DNA of 64,000 bases. Source: an uncultured Methanosarcinales archaeon. GTDB lineage: Archaea; Nanobdellota; Nanobdellia; Woesearchaeales; GW2011-AR9. Location: positions 133,585 to 197,584 of the forward strand of contig CAYFJV010000002.1 of NCBI GenBank assembly GCA_964343575.1, read 5' to 3'. The first letter of the stretch is position 1. Each line of letters starts with the position of its first letter. The notes under the pieces were generated by a model. That model had not been told where the DNA came from. It saw only the letters and a program-made list of their open reading frames with translations, and ran no database searches. Of this stretch, positions 10,708 through 20,461 are shown one piece after another. The translations under genes were made by a program, and so were the position numbers.

Positions 10708-13700
10708 ATGATCCTTTTGAGAAAAGGAGAAGTAAGTATTATGTTAGTCCTAGCTGTCGCAGCGCTAGCTTTGGGCTTTTCACTTTTCCAGGGAGGAGAT
10801 GTTCTGGATGCGCTTACTGGAGCTGCTGTGAGTGATCCGGGTTTTGGCGTCTTAGCAGATGCTAATGGAACAGATTGTGGTTTTGTTAATGGAGATGTTA
10901 CCTTAACAGAAAATGTGACAAGTACTGGGACTTGTTTTACTATAAATGCAAGTGATATCATTTTAGATTGTGCGGGGTATCATATTAATTATTCTACTAC
11001 TCCTGATTCAGGAGGTTTTGGTGTTCTTAATGAACTTGGAAATACCAACGTCACCATTAGAAATTGTAATGTCGATCAAGGAAGCACAGGGGCATCAAAT
11101 CCTTACAAATGTGTGAACTCAGATAGTGGGATTCTTGAGTTGAGCACGGCAACGATCATTGAGAATGATAGGTTCTATTACTTCAATGGCTGTAATGATC
11201 ATATCATTCGGCACAATACTTTTACTTCAGATCTTGCCATGGCAATGGATTGGGCCTCTGATGGGAGTAGAAATTTGCTAGAAAATAATACCTTCCATGG
11301 GGCTTTTGATGGGAACTTTCTTGACGGAGAGAATAACACCCTTCTTAACAATTATTTTAATCGCTTACAAGATAACTCTGAGGCAAATACAATTAGTTTT
11401 TTGATCTACAACAATAGTTTTGGACAGATTAATTGGACGAACGAGTCAACGGGAAGTGGTCTTGAGGATATGGAGTTTGATTCTCCTGTTGGTTTTAACA
11501 CCACTTTCCTACTCAGCCAAAACAATATTACCCTCGATCTTAGCTCTTCAGAGAGTAGTACTATTTCTTCTCTTAATAATAGTGCTACTTTGACTTTTTT
11601 TAATGTTACAGGAAGTGGCACTGTCTATGCGCTTAAGGATGGCTCTGTTTGTGGATCTGAATGTGAAGGGGTTGCTCAGATTGGAGATGATGTTGAAGTA
11701 AATGTGAGCAGTTTTAGCAGTTATAGTATCGCTTTTGATGAGGGCCCTTACGCTGAAGGAAATGTTACGGGCTTTCCAGCAAGCTATAATGATACTGAAG
11801 AGATCGAGGTTAATATTACTTGGATTGGTGCTGCCATTCCTATTTCCACAGGAGATGTGTTGATTGAGACCAATTTTACGGGAACTCCCACGAATTATAC
11901 GATGACTTTGGTTTCTGGGAATGGGAGTGATGGAGATTACAATTATACTGCTGGGGCTCTTGCTGCCGGGAACTATTACTGGAAATCTTACGCAAATAAT
12001 ACTGATGGAACGCTCAATTCTACTGACATTCAAGAATTTAGTATTGTTCGGACGGAGTCTAACGCTACTGCTTACATTGATGGAAGTGCTGCAAACGCTA
12101 CTGTTACCGTTAACGAGGGTGCAGATCTTTCTTGTAACGCAACGACGACCCAGGGCACACTTACTTTGTATAACAATGGGACGGAAATCAATAGTGGTTC
12201 TGGTGGAATAGAGAATAATAGTGTTAACTTTACGGTCCAAGGCGATTATAATATTACTTGTGATTATGCTGCTAGCGAGAACTTTACCGCAAGTAGTTCT
12301 GAGCTTACTCTTACTGCTGCCCTTCCTGCTAGCTCTGTGAACCTTACCCTTAATGGGGCAAATGATAATATCACAATTCCCAATGGAACATCTGCAACCC
12401 TAAATTGTACGACAATTACTGGAGACGATAGTATTAGTTTGTATAATAATGGTACTTTGATTAATGATGGGCTTGACTCTCTACAGAATGAGACCACATT
12501 CTCTCTTGGTTATTACAATATAACTTGTATCCACCCCGAGAATGCAAATTATTCTGAAGGGAGAACTGAGTACTGGGTGAATGCAACAGATATTGATAAT
12601 GCACCTAGTTTTTCTACAGGGGGAGCAAATAGTCCAGGGGTTTATAATGCAAGTATTTCAAAACCTTTTGCTGCCTTCACTGATGATTTTGGTGTAGAAT
12701 TTGTTGCCTTTGAATTTAATATTTCTGAGAATGGGGCTCTTTTGAACCACACAGCAAATTTGAGCTCTGGGAGCAACGTTTCAGGGATCTGGATAGCAGA
12801 AGTGAAATATCCGGCAGGATACCATTCTTTAACACTCTATGCTCGGGATGATGGTGGAAATCTTTTTACTTTTAATAATGATGTAACGATTACTGTAGCA
12901 GACCCTTTCGATGTAGTGGAGCTTAATTTTAGCGGAGTTGTTGGAAACACCACCATTAATCAGAGTAGTTCGTTGAACATCACTTGTGGATTGAACAACT
13001 CAGATGCGATAGATCTAAATCTTTACAATAATGGAACACTTATCAACGATGGAGTTAGTTCCTTAATTGATAATTATACCTTATTCAACTCCCCCGGGGA
13101 GTACAATATTAGTTGTAGCCATGAAGGTTCTGAGAACTATACTGCCAACAGCACAGAATATTTTGTTACTGTCAATGAATTTGATGCAGCCCCGGTTGTG
13201 ACTCTTGATAGTCCCTCAAACAATTATCTTAACAATAGCTCAGATACGAGCACCGATTTTGATTTTAATTGTAGTGTTACCGATGGACATAATTTAAGCA
13301 ATGTCTCTTTATACATAACTGATGCAAGTAATGCTAGTTTTGCTCTTAATCAAACAGAAAATATTAGTGGCACGAGCAATAGTAGTAATTGGACCCTTAG
13401 TTTAGGCGTGGGAAATTATTCTTGGAACTGTTATGCTTATGATAATGCCAGCCAACTTGGCTTTTCAAGCGAAAATTATAGTATCTCACTTTCAAATAAT
13501 GATAGCTCTAGTGAAAGTTCTAGCTCTGAGAGTTCGTCAAGTTCTTCAAGTAGTTCAAGCTCATCAGGGGGGTCTCCTGGTGGAGGTGGGAGCTGCGCTC
13601 CAGGATATTCTGAAATAGAGGGTCAATGTGCGCCAACAGAGAACCTCGCTGGAGATGCGGTTTTGCCTCCTCCTTTGGAAAGTGAAGAAATAAGTGATGA

Positions 13701-14097
13701 AGAAGCTAGCGGGCAGGATGGAGACGATGTTTTGGTGCCAAGCCAAGACCAAATTCCTGCCCGTGTGGCTTCTCTTGTAGAACTGAGTGATTATGTTGGA
13801 GTTGATATACTCAGCTTTAGTTTAGTGAGTTCTACTGTCTTGCTTCTCCTTACTAGTTTGGTGCTTTGGTTTGGTAAGGGGTCTTTAGTGTACGTTTCGT
13901 CTGGATCTTCTGGGCTGTCGTCACCTGCCCTGGCTGAGGGGACCTTTGGAGGAATTGCAAGAAATTTAGGGGATCTAGAGAATTATGTGAGTAAAGAATT
14001 GAAGACTGGAAGAACTAGGGGCGATTTACGTAGGGAATTGCTTGATGCTGGTTGGAAGAAAGAAGAAATTGGGTCTGTCATGAAGGTAAATTTATAA
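10708..14097 (+). CDS. large surface glycoprotein/adhesin, paralog of 5031-10469
   Basis: Near-identical signal region RKG|EVS...LTGAAV; beta-helix and Ig-like repeats; Ser-rich linker; TM; LLDAGWKKEEI tail. Confidence 0.85.
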   Translation: MILLRKGEVSIMLVLAVAALALGFSLFQGGDVLDALTGAAVSDPGFGVLADANGTDCGFVNGDVTLTENVTSTGTCFTINASDIILDCAGYHINYSTTPDSGGFGVLNELGNTNVTIRNCNVDQGSTGASNPYKCVNSDSGILELSTATIIENDRFYYFNGCNDHIIRHNTFTSDLAMAMDWASDGSRNLLENNTFHGAFDGNFLDGENNTLLNNYFNRLQDNSEANTISFLIYNNSFGQINWTNESTGSGLEDMEFDSPVGFNTTFLLSQNNITLDLSSSESSTISSLNNSATLTFFNVTGSGTVYALKDGSVCGSECEGVAQIGDDVEVNVSSFSSYSIAFDEGPYAEGNVTGFPASYNDTEEIEVNITWIGAAIPISTGDVLIETNFTGTPTNYTMTLVSGNGSDGDYNYTAGALAAGNYYWKSYANNTDGTLNSTDIQEFSIVRTESNATAYIDGSAANATVTVNEGADLSCNATTTQGTLTLYNNGTEINSGSGGIENNSVNFTVQGDYNITCDYAASENFTASSSELTLTAALPASSVNLTLNGANDNITIPNGTSATLNCTTITGDDSISLYNNGTLINDGLDSLQNETTFSLGYYNITCIHPENANYSEGRTEYWVNATDIDNAPSFSTGGANSPGVYNASISKPFAAFTDDFGVEFVAFEFNISENGALLNHTANLSSGSNVSGIWIAEVKYPAGYHSLTLYARDDGGNLFTFNNDVTITVADPFDVVELNFSGVVGNTTINQSSSLNITCGLNNSDAIDLNLYNNGTLINDGVSSLIDNYTLFNSPGEYNISCSHEGSENYTANSTEYFVTVNEFDAAPVVTLDSPSNNYLNNSSDTSTDFDFNCSVTDGHNLSNVSLYITDASNASFALNQTENISGTSNSSNWTLSLGVGNYSWNCYAYDNASQLGFSSENYSISLSNNDSSSESSSSESSSSSSSSSSSSGGSPGGGGSCAPGYSEIEGQCAPTENLAGDAVLPPPLESEEISDEEASGQDGDDVLVPSQDQIPARVASLVELSDYVGVDILSFSLVSSTVLLLLTSLVLWFGKGSLVYVSSGSSGLSSPALAEGTFGGIARNLGDLENYVSKELKTGRTRGDLRRELLDAGWKKEEIGSVMKVNL
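11699..12530 (+). repeat. 832-bp direct repeat, copy 2
   Basis: Offset 4366 bp from copy 1. Confidence 0.93.
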
Positions 14098-14153
14098 AAG
14101 ATTTTTTAATTTATCCTACTGTCTTTTAGGAAGAGAAAAAAGTAAGAGGTTGT

Positions 14154-14378
14154 ATGATGAAAGAGGGATATGCTATTCTTTTGGGTCTTGTTGTAGTAGT
14201 GGTGATTTCTGCTGGTCTTCTTTTCCTTCATGAAGCAGAGGAGAATTATCTTAACGCCCACGTTGTCGCCGAAGTTGGAGATCTGGAAGCTAGTGAGCAC
14301 ATGGGCGAAGGAGAGCATCCTGGTGAAGAGGAGAGTTCTCAAGAAGAATCTGTTTTTGAAGATTTTTTTGAAGACTGA
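14154..14378 (+). CDS. small membrane-anchored acidic protein
   Basis: GAGGT SD; N-terminal TM; His/Glu-rich tail. Confidence 0.6.
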   Translation: MMKEGYAILLGLVVVVVISAGLLFLHEAEENYLNAHVVAEVGDLEASEHMGEGEHPGEEESSQEESVFEDFFED

Positions 14379-14731
14379 GTTTTCTGAGTTTTTTTGCTTT
14401 GATTTTTCTTTCCTTCTTTTCTTGTATTTAGGGGGATCCTGGTAAATTTTTTACACTCTAAACAGGAGATAATCACTTTTTTGTCTCTAACCCTTATTCT
14501 TGCGTTCTTGTTTGGCATAAGGAACTTGTAGCAGTGCTTACAAAATTTTCTTTTGTACACAACTGGGAGGGGCATCCTTACTTTCATAGCTATTTTTCTT
14601 GCAAGGGTAACATAGCGATTGGCAAGCCCTTTGTTTTCGGAAAACACTTTTGTTGCTTTTTCAAAGTAGGTTTTGATGTGCTCTTTTGCAAGTTCTTTCT
14701 GCTTTGCTTTTGAGATTCGTGCTTTTGCCAT
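14339..14731 (-). CDS. rnp4: ribonuclease P protein component 4 (Rpp21)
   Basis: ANRYVTLARKI, KRKFCKHC...CLEC zinc ribbon. Confidence 0.93.
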   Translation of the reverse strand: MAKARISKAKQKELAKEHIKTYFEKATKVFSENKGLANRYVTLARKIAMKVRMPLPVVYKRKFCKHCYKFLMPNKNARIRVRDKKVIISCLECKKFTRIPLNTRKEGKKNQSKKTQKTQSSKKSSKTDSS

Positions 14732-14751
14732 TTTTTGTGAACTTTGTCTGT

Positions 14752-15093
14752 TTACTTACTTTTTGTCTTATTTTTCTCTTCGTTTCTTCCTTTGAAATAT
14801 TTTTGTACTCGTTTCATGCCTTTGACATGAGCAGTTGGCCCAAGTTTATAGTAGGTTTTTTCCACACTAGATCCCCAAGAAAAGTCTCCGTTCTCTTCAC
14901 GAACTTCTCCAATCTCTATCTCCCCTGTACTTAGGCCTTTTTTGAGATGATAATAAATGCTTCTTTGGCTTACTTCTGGGAAGATTTCATTATAGGCTTT
15001 TGCTACCTGGTATCCATAACCTTGTCCCAGAATAAAGAGGATTTCAAGAATTCTTTTTCTGATTTCGCTTCTTACTGGTCTTCCTCTTGGCAT
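14752..15093 (-). CDS. winged-helix DNA-binding protein
   Basis: RGRP start; GYGYQV...SQRSIYYHLKKG wHTH-like pattern. Confidence 0.7.
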   Translation of the reverse strand: MPRGRPVRSEIRKRILEILFILGQGYGYQVAKAYNEIFPEVSQRSIYYHLKKGLSTGEIEIGEVREENGDFSWGSSVEKTYYKLGPTAHVKGMKRVQKYFKGRNEEKNKTKSK

Positions 15094-15163
15094 GGATGAG
15101 TAAAGTCGAAGTACACTTTAAAGTTTTTCTCAGAAAAAGAAAGCCTTGCTCTTGCTTGGGACC

Positions 15164-16375
15164 TTAAGCGATGCTTGAGAAAATGTTTCTAATTAGGGGA
15201 AAGAGGAGTGTAAAAACAAGTATGAACAAGAAAAACATTCCGATTTGTTGATACCTTCTGTCTCCTTTCTCTTTTCCATTCTTTTTTCGTAAAAACACTT
15301 GTACCATTCTTCCCCCATCTACGATTGGAAGCGGTAAGAGGTTAAATAAGCCGATACCTAAGCTAAGTACATAGAGCCATTTTAGAAAGCCATTCATCCA
15401 ATCGACGACGTAATACCATACTTTGTTCGCTCCAGTAGTGTATTTCTCTTTGATTTCAACTTCATTTTGGATGCCCACGATTCCTAAGAAAGATTTTTCT
15501 TCGTTATCTGGATTTGCAGCTAAAGTCAGTTCATAGCTTTCTTCTCCACTGTCTCCTTGTGCATGTACTGTTATGGTCTCTCCTGGAGAAGTACAAAAGA
15601 GTTCATCTGAGAAGGATTGGAATTCAAGTGTTTCTTTTTCATTAATGTGTGTTATAAGTGCGTTTGCTGGAAGGCCAGCTTGTGCTGCTGGAAAGTCTCC
15701 TTCAACATACTCTGCAAAACTAAAACCAGTTCCTTCAACCATTGTTCCTTGGATTGGAGCAAAGACGAGGGTGAGTAAGAGAAGTGCAATAGCAGCTAAG
15801 ATGATATTTGCAAAAGGACCTGCCGCCATAACTGAGTATTGCACAAGATCTTTTTCTTTGGACATTTTTTTCTCGTCGGGCTCGACAAAAGCTCCGATGA
15901 TTGGTCCGAAGAGCACGAGCCCAGTGTTGTGTACAGGGATTTTATGTGCTCTTGCGACAATTCCATGTCCGAACTCGTGAATAAGTGCAATGAGAAAGAT
16001 GGCGATGAGCCAATACCAGAAGGGCAAGATACCAAGACCAGGAACATTTACTCCTGGGAGCACCAAAGAAACTCCAGAAGTTGTTTCAGGGCTAAAGAAA
16101 AGTTTGAACAAATTAGCAATCATAAAATAAGAGATGGTTACCAAACCAATAAAACCAATCCCGACTCCAATGTATCCGCCAAGTACAACCCATTCTCTGT
16201 ATCGTTTGATGAATCTGTCCATTGCTTTAAGTCCGAACTTTGTTCGGTAGAGCATAATGATTTTAGCTTGGAACTCAATATCTTTTCTTTTCCAAAAGAC
16301 AAGCCCGGCAATGACTGCGTAGAAAATGAATACGTATTTGTACTGAATAATGAAATTGAGAACTGATTCTAACAT
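15164..16375 (-). CDS. site-2 protease (M50) with PDZ-like domain
   Basis: HEFGH, GAFVEPD, AGPFAN, NLLPLPIVDGG. Confidence 0.95.
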   Translation of the reverse strand: MLESVLNFIIQYKYVFIFYAVIAGLVFWKRKDIEFQAKIIMLYRTKFGLKAMDRFIKRYREWVVLGGYIGVGIGFIGLVTISYFMIANLFKLFFSPETTSGVSLVLPGVNVPGLGILPFWYWLIAIFLIALIHEFGHGIVARAHKIPVHNTGLVLFGPIIGAFVEPDEKKMSKEKDLVQYSVMAAGPFANIILAAIALLLLTLVFAPIQGTMVEGTGFSFAEYVEGDFPAAQAGLPANALITHINEKETLEFQSFSDELFCTSPGETITVHAQGDSGEESYELTLAANPDNEEKSFLGIVGIQNEVEIKEKYTTGANKVWYYVVDWMNGFLKWLYVLSLGIGLFNLLPLPIVDGGRMVQVFLRKKNGKEKGDRRYQQIGMFFLFILVFTLLFPLIRNIFSSIA

Positions 16376-16429
16376 GAGAGAAAGGCGGTGAGAAGGGAAT
16401 TTAAATGTTTTGATTGTTTCTTTTCTTAG

Positions 16430-17098
16430 TTAGGCTTGACTTGAAATTAGTCCTTCTAGATCTTGAACTCTTAGAACAACTTCTCCTTCGTATTCTGAGC
16501 CAGACCTTTTTGATGGCCCTTCACCTAAGTGGGATGCCACAATATAAGTTAAACCCATGCTCATGGCTGCTAAAAGAATAGACATTCCAAGAACTCCTTC
16601 TTTAGTTCTTGAACCCAGATGTTTCACTTTTTTGGGATACAGTGCTCTGTTACATTCTTCCAAGCCCGCGAGGTCTCTTCCAATATCTATTGCATACCCT
16701 ACTGGTACACCGTTTATTGCACCAAAAGCACCTGCTGCGATAGAACCAACCATTATTTTTGTTGCATCAATCTCGTCACCAGCAAAAGCTTGAGTTGAAG
16801 TATACAAAGGAACGGAAACGAGGGTGTTAAAAACTGCCGTGTACAAAACGTCTTGTAAAGATTGTCTCTCTACCCCTCCTCTCTCTCTTAGCTTGTCTCT
16901 TCCTAAAGCATAGGACCTTCCTAAACCACCATAGGTTGTTGCTGCCCCAATTGCCCTTGCGTAGAGTGAACTTGTTACTGACATGCCAGATAAGAGAACT
17001 TCTATTGCAGCAAAAACGGGTGCAGTCTCAGCTACAATTGTAGTAGAATCAACGAACCAATATTTAATCTGTTTTTTTCCAGTTGTTTGTTTAACCAT
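16430..17098 (-). CDS. AlaE (L-alanine exporter)-like membrane protein
   Basis: VDST..IEVLLSGMS..SLYAR..YALGRD resembles the AlaE motif IEVFLSGMS..SFYSR..YGMYRD as recalled. Confidence 0.6.
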   Translation of the reverse strand: MVKQTTGKKQIKYWFVDSTTIVAETAPVFAAIEVLLSGMSVTSSLYARAIGAATTYGGLGRSYALGRDKLRERGGVERQSLQDVLYTAVFNTLVSVPLYTSTQAFAGDEIDATKIMVGSIAAGAFGAINGVPVGYAIDIGRDLAGLEECNRALYPKKVKHLGSRTKEGVLGMSILLAAMSMGLTYIVASHLGEGPSKRSGSEYEGEVVLRVQDLEGLISSQA

Positions 17099-17162
17099 CA
17101 GTTCTAGACATCCTCATTGGCTCAAAGAGCTTAAGACTGCCAGGAGAATTAAAAAATTAAGA

Positions 17163-17327
17163 TTATTTCTTCCTTTTAGGACGAAGTTTTCGAGTTGCCC
17201 CTTTTCCACGTCCACGGATCTTTCCAGCTTGCACTTTTAGTGGATTTGCTCGAATTTTCCTTTTTGTATTCTTATCAACGAAGATGTTCTTGAATAAACG
17301 ATCGTCCGCTTCTTTGAATTTTCCCAT
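17163..17327 (-). CDS. rpl40e: 50S ribosomal protein eL40 (L40e), cysteine-free variant; not in ORF track
   Basis: Hand translation MGKFKEADDRLFKNIFVDKNTKRKIRANPLKVQAGKIRGRGKGATRKLRPKRKK; downstream of aIF5A. Confidence 0.8.
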   Translation of the reverse strand: MGKFKEADDRLFKNIFVDKNTKRKIRANPLKVQAGKIRGRGKGATRKLRPKRKK

Positions 17328-17355
17328 TGTGTCTACCTAATTATTATTTCTTCAG

Positions 17356-17757
17356 CTAGTTTTTCACTTGCTTCATAACCTTCAAACCCATTAGGGTCCA
17401 GTAAAGGACTTCTTTTCCTTCAGCAACACTGTCTTTAAGCTCTGCTGGGATCTCAAGGTCAAAGGTTTCGTAACTCTCTGTATCCATCACATTTGCCATG
17501 TTTCCGCTAATGGATAGGACCTGAGCATTTTTCTTCTCAATGATTGGTGCTTCAACTTTGTCATGACCTGGCATAACAAGGTTCCTCTTCTTTCCATCAA
17601 GGATTCCTACAGCCATCATGTTCACTTTTGCGTGTCCATGCTTTCCTGGTCTGGAAGTTGTGGTGTCTGTAACTTTACAGGCAGCACCGTCGATAATAAT
17701 AGTATCTCCCTTTTTAAGGGAACCAACACTCACTAATTTTTTCTCGTAATCACTCAT
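17356..17757 (-). CDS. eif5a: translation factor aIF-5A
   Basis: PGKHGHAK hypusine motif. Confidence 0.96.
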   Translation of the reverse strand: MSDYEKKLVSVGSLKKGDTIIIDGAACKVTDTTTSRPGKHGHAKVNMMAVGILDGKKRNLVMPGHDKVEAPIIEKKNAQVLSISGNMANVMDTESYETFDLEIPAELKDSVAEGKEVLYWTLMGLKVMKQVKN

Positions 17758-17823
17758 AATACTCACTTCCACCCCGTCCACTATAAAAAGTTTACTGCTT
17801 TTGACTCAGTAACTTCTCTGTTC

Positions 17824-18036
17824 TCAGGATTTTGTGGCCAGATAAATATCTTTATCAGTAACAGTTTTTCTTCCAGCATGCTCTGCAAAACGCTTCGCTT
17901 CAGCAGAAATTTCCATAGCTTTTTTCTCGAGAACTTCGGCTAATGCTTCTTTAGCAGCGTCACTCACACGTAAAGCACCAGCCTCGCGCATGATTTTATC
18001 CATAGCATTGTGGGAAAGAAATCTTTTCTTCGCCAT
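17824..18036 (-). CDS. archaeal histone (HMf family)
   Basis: GALRVSDAAKEAL...HAGRKTV..DI histone-fold signature. Confidence 0.95.
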   Translation of the reverse strand: MAKKRFLSHNAMDKIMREAGALRVSDAAKEALAEVLEKKAMEISAEAKRFAEHAGRKTVTDKDIYLATKS

Positions 18037-18104
18037 AGGAGCTTAAAATGGGCTTTCTTTTTTAAATATTGCGAAAATTTCCCTTTTTGTCCTAGGCTGG
18101 CCCC

Positions 18105-18962
18105 TTAGAATCTGATCGCTTGCAGCTTTTTTACCCTCTCTTGAGTTGTCGGGTGGGTGGAAAACATTTTCCAGATACCTTTGCCCCGGAAGGGATTTTC
18201 TATGAAAAGGTGGGCTGTTGCTTCAGTTGTACCTTGCGCTTTGAGTGGAGCTTTGGAGATTCCTGATTCTAACTTTTGAAGAGCGCTAGCAAGACCGCTT
18301 GCATCTTTAAGGATTCTTGCCCCTGTTTCATCAGCGATAAATTCCCTACTTCTGCTAATTGCTAGTTGGATGAGTGTTGCCATAAGTGGGGCCACAACTG
18401 CTAGAATAAGGAGCTCGATGATGTTGCCGCTATTATTGTCTCTTCCTCCCATGCCACCAAAAATTGCACTCCATCTTGCCATCATGGCAATATAAGAAAT
18501 AACTCCTGCGATTGCTGCTGCGATTGTCGAGATAAGCGTATCTCTATTCTTAATGTGCGCCATCTCGTGAGCAAGTACACCTTTAAGCTCATGGTCGTTA
18601 AGCAGGTTCATAATTCCTTGCGTTACTGCAACCACACCCTTCTTTGGTGATCTTCCTGTAGCAAAGGCGTTTGGATGTTGCCCTGGAACGATATAGATTT
18701 TTGGCATAGGAAGTTTTGCACGCATACTGATGTCTCGAACCATTTCGTAGAGTTTGCTATGCTGATTTTTGTCGGCTTCTTTTGCTCTGTAAATTGCAAG
18801 GACAATTTTGTCTGAGAACCAAAAAGAGAAGAAATTTATCCCTCCTGCAAAGATGAGTCCAAGGAGTAGGCCAGTTTGCCCTCCAATGAGTGCGCCTAAC
18901 AATAAGAATAGTCCAGTAAGGAGCCCCAAGAGAAGAGCAGTTTTGATTTGGTTTTTGATCAT
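18105..18962 (-). CDS. htpX: zinc metalloprotease HtpX
   Basis: PNAFATGR, HEMAH, SRSREFIAD, FSTHP. Confidence 0.96.
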   Translation of the reverse strand: MIKNQIKTALLLGLLTGLFLLLGALIGGQTGLLLGLIFAGGINFFSFWFSDKIVLAIYRAKEADKNQHSKLYEMVRDISMRAKLPMPKIYIVPGQHPNAFATGRSPKKGVVAVTQGIMNLLNDHELKGVLAHEMAHIKNRDTLISTIAAAIAGVISYIAMMARWSAIFGGMGGRDNNSGNIIELLILAVVAPLMATLIQLAISRSREFIADETGARILKDASGLASALQKLESGISKAPLKAQGTTEATAHLFIENPFRGKGIWKMFSTHPTTQERVKKLQAIRF

Positions 18963-19089
18963 AACCCTTTGTTTTGCAAACTTATATAAATAGTTATTGT
19001 ATTAGTTTTCCTGCCGTTTTTGTGAATTAACCTTGTTTAGTGGTCTCATTCAAGGTTTCTGGGTTAAAGAGGTAGAAGAGGTAGAAAAG

Positions 19090-19968
19090 ATGGTTTTGGA
19101 GCACGTGTTTCCTGAAGATTGGTTGGAGCAAAAAGCTCGTTATGCTTTTATTCTTGGTATTGTTTATTCGATCATTGGGGTGATGGTAGCTTCTATTCTT
19201 TTCCCAGGAGATCCTGCTCTAGTGGCTGTTGCTTTTACTTCTTTGCTTTTACTTCCTGAACTTTACAAGATCTTTTCTATTGAAGAGCGTCAAGAGCGTA
19301 TGGAAGAGCGTGTTTCTTTGCGGGCACTTTGGCGAGATGACATTGATATTATCAAAGTCTATGTTGCTTTATTTTTGGGAATTATGTTGGTCTACGCCTT
19401 GGGAACGATTCTTTTACCTTCCTTTCAAACAAACTTGTTGTTTCGTGAGCAACTAGAGATTCGATTGGGTCAAGGCTTTGCAGGAAATGCTATTCTTGGC
19501 TCTTGGAGTGGTGATTTGTTCTGGGCTTTACTTGGGAACAATTTTTTGGTTCTCTTGGCTTGTTTTATCATGGCTTTGCTCACTGGAGATGGGGCAATCT
19601 TTTTGATTACTTGGAATGCTTCTGTTTGGGGAACAATTTTTGGTTTTACAGCTAAGAGTGCAAGCTTGTTTTCTGGGGAGAATGTCTTTTGGTTGTTTGC
19701 GATAATCATACTCACCGTCTTTCCTCATATGATGATAGAGGCGATGAGCTATTTTTTAGCTGCCATATCGGGGAGTGTGATATCTAAAGACGTGTTGCTC
19801 GAAGAGTTTGCCTCGGAGCGTTTCTTTGAGGTCTTTGGCTTTAATATGTATCTCTTATTGTTTGCTCTTCTCTTCTTGTTGCTTGGAGCAGGAGTAGAGA
19901 CTTGGGTCCTTGAGAATGCAAGTATGTATCAAGATATTATTAGAATGAGTTTGATAGCCACGGGGTAG
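19090..19968 (+). CDS. SpoIIM/DUF95-like integral membrane protein
   Basis: Multi-TM; NNFLVL, WNASVWG, FPHMMIE. Confidence 0.75.
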   Translation: MVLEHVFPEDWLEQKARYAFILGIVYSIIGVMVASILFPGDPALVAVAFTSLLLLPELYKIFSIEERQERMEERVSLRALWRDDIDIIKVYVALFLGIMLVYALGTILLPSFQTNLLFREQLEIRLGQGFAGNAILGSWSGDLFWALLGNNFLVLLACFIMALLTGDGAIFLITWNASVWGTIFGFTAKSASLFSGENVFWLFAIIILTVFPHMMIEAMSYFLAAISGSVISKDVLLEEFASERFFEVFGFNMYLLLFALLFLLLGAGVETWVLENASMYQDIIRMSLIATG

Positions 19969-20002
19969 CAACTTGTGGGATTTTTTTTCTCTATTTTTTT
20001 GT

Positions 20003-20461
20003 TTATTCTAGCACAATCTTATTTGTTTTTCCATAGCTGATTCTTTTAATCAGCCCTTTCTTATCAAGCTTGTCTAGAATGCGGGTCACTTTTACTTTTG
20101 GGAGCTTGAGTTCATAGACAAGATCCTTCTGTAGGCACTCTTCTTTTTCAAGGAGGTATTCATAAACTTTTCTTACATCTCCTTCAAGCATTTTGAGTCC
20201 CAAACTTTGTTTTTTGCTGAGTTGTAATTTCTGTCCAATGTTGAGACTGTAGTAGACAAGGCTTGCTCCATTGATGGCACTTAGAATGATGAGTGCGATG
20301 GCGCTGGCCAGAGAGAAGTGTGCAGGAACAGTTGAAGTTACTGTTTTTCCATTCTGAAGAGTGAGGTTAATTGAGTTGTTCATACTAGAGAAGAACAAAA
20401 AGCCAATGAGAAAGAAACTTACTAGGAAAATGCCAAGGCAGAGAGCTTCTTTTTTATTCAT
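20003..20461 (-). CDS. membrane-anchored HTH transcriptional regulator
   Basis: Two TMs plus QKDLV..PKVKVTRILDKL..KGLIKRISYGKTNKI wHTH; GGAGG SD. Confidence 0.8.
   Translation of the reverse strand: MNKKEALCLGIFLVSFFLIGFLFFSSMNNSINLTLQNGKTVTSTVPAHFSLASAIALIILSAINGASLVYYSLNIGQKLQLSKKQSLGLKMLEGDVRKVYEYLLEKEECLQKDLVYELKLPKVKVTRILDKLDKKGLIKRISYGKTNKIVLE

Noticed and set aside
7333..12530. Diversity-generating retroelement TR/VR pair
   Set aside because: Copies show no adenine-specific mismatches, are far longer than typical TR/VR, and no reverse transcriptase is in the window
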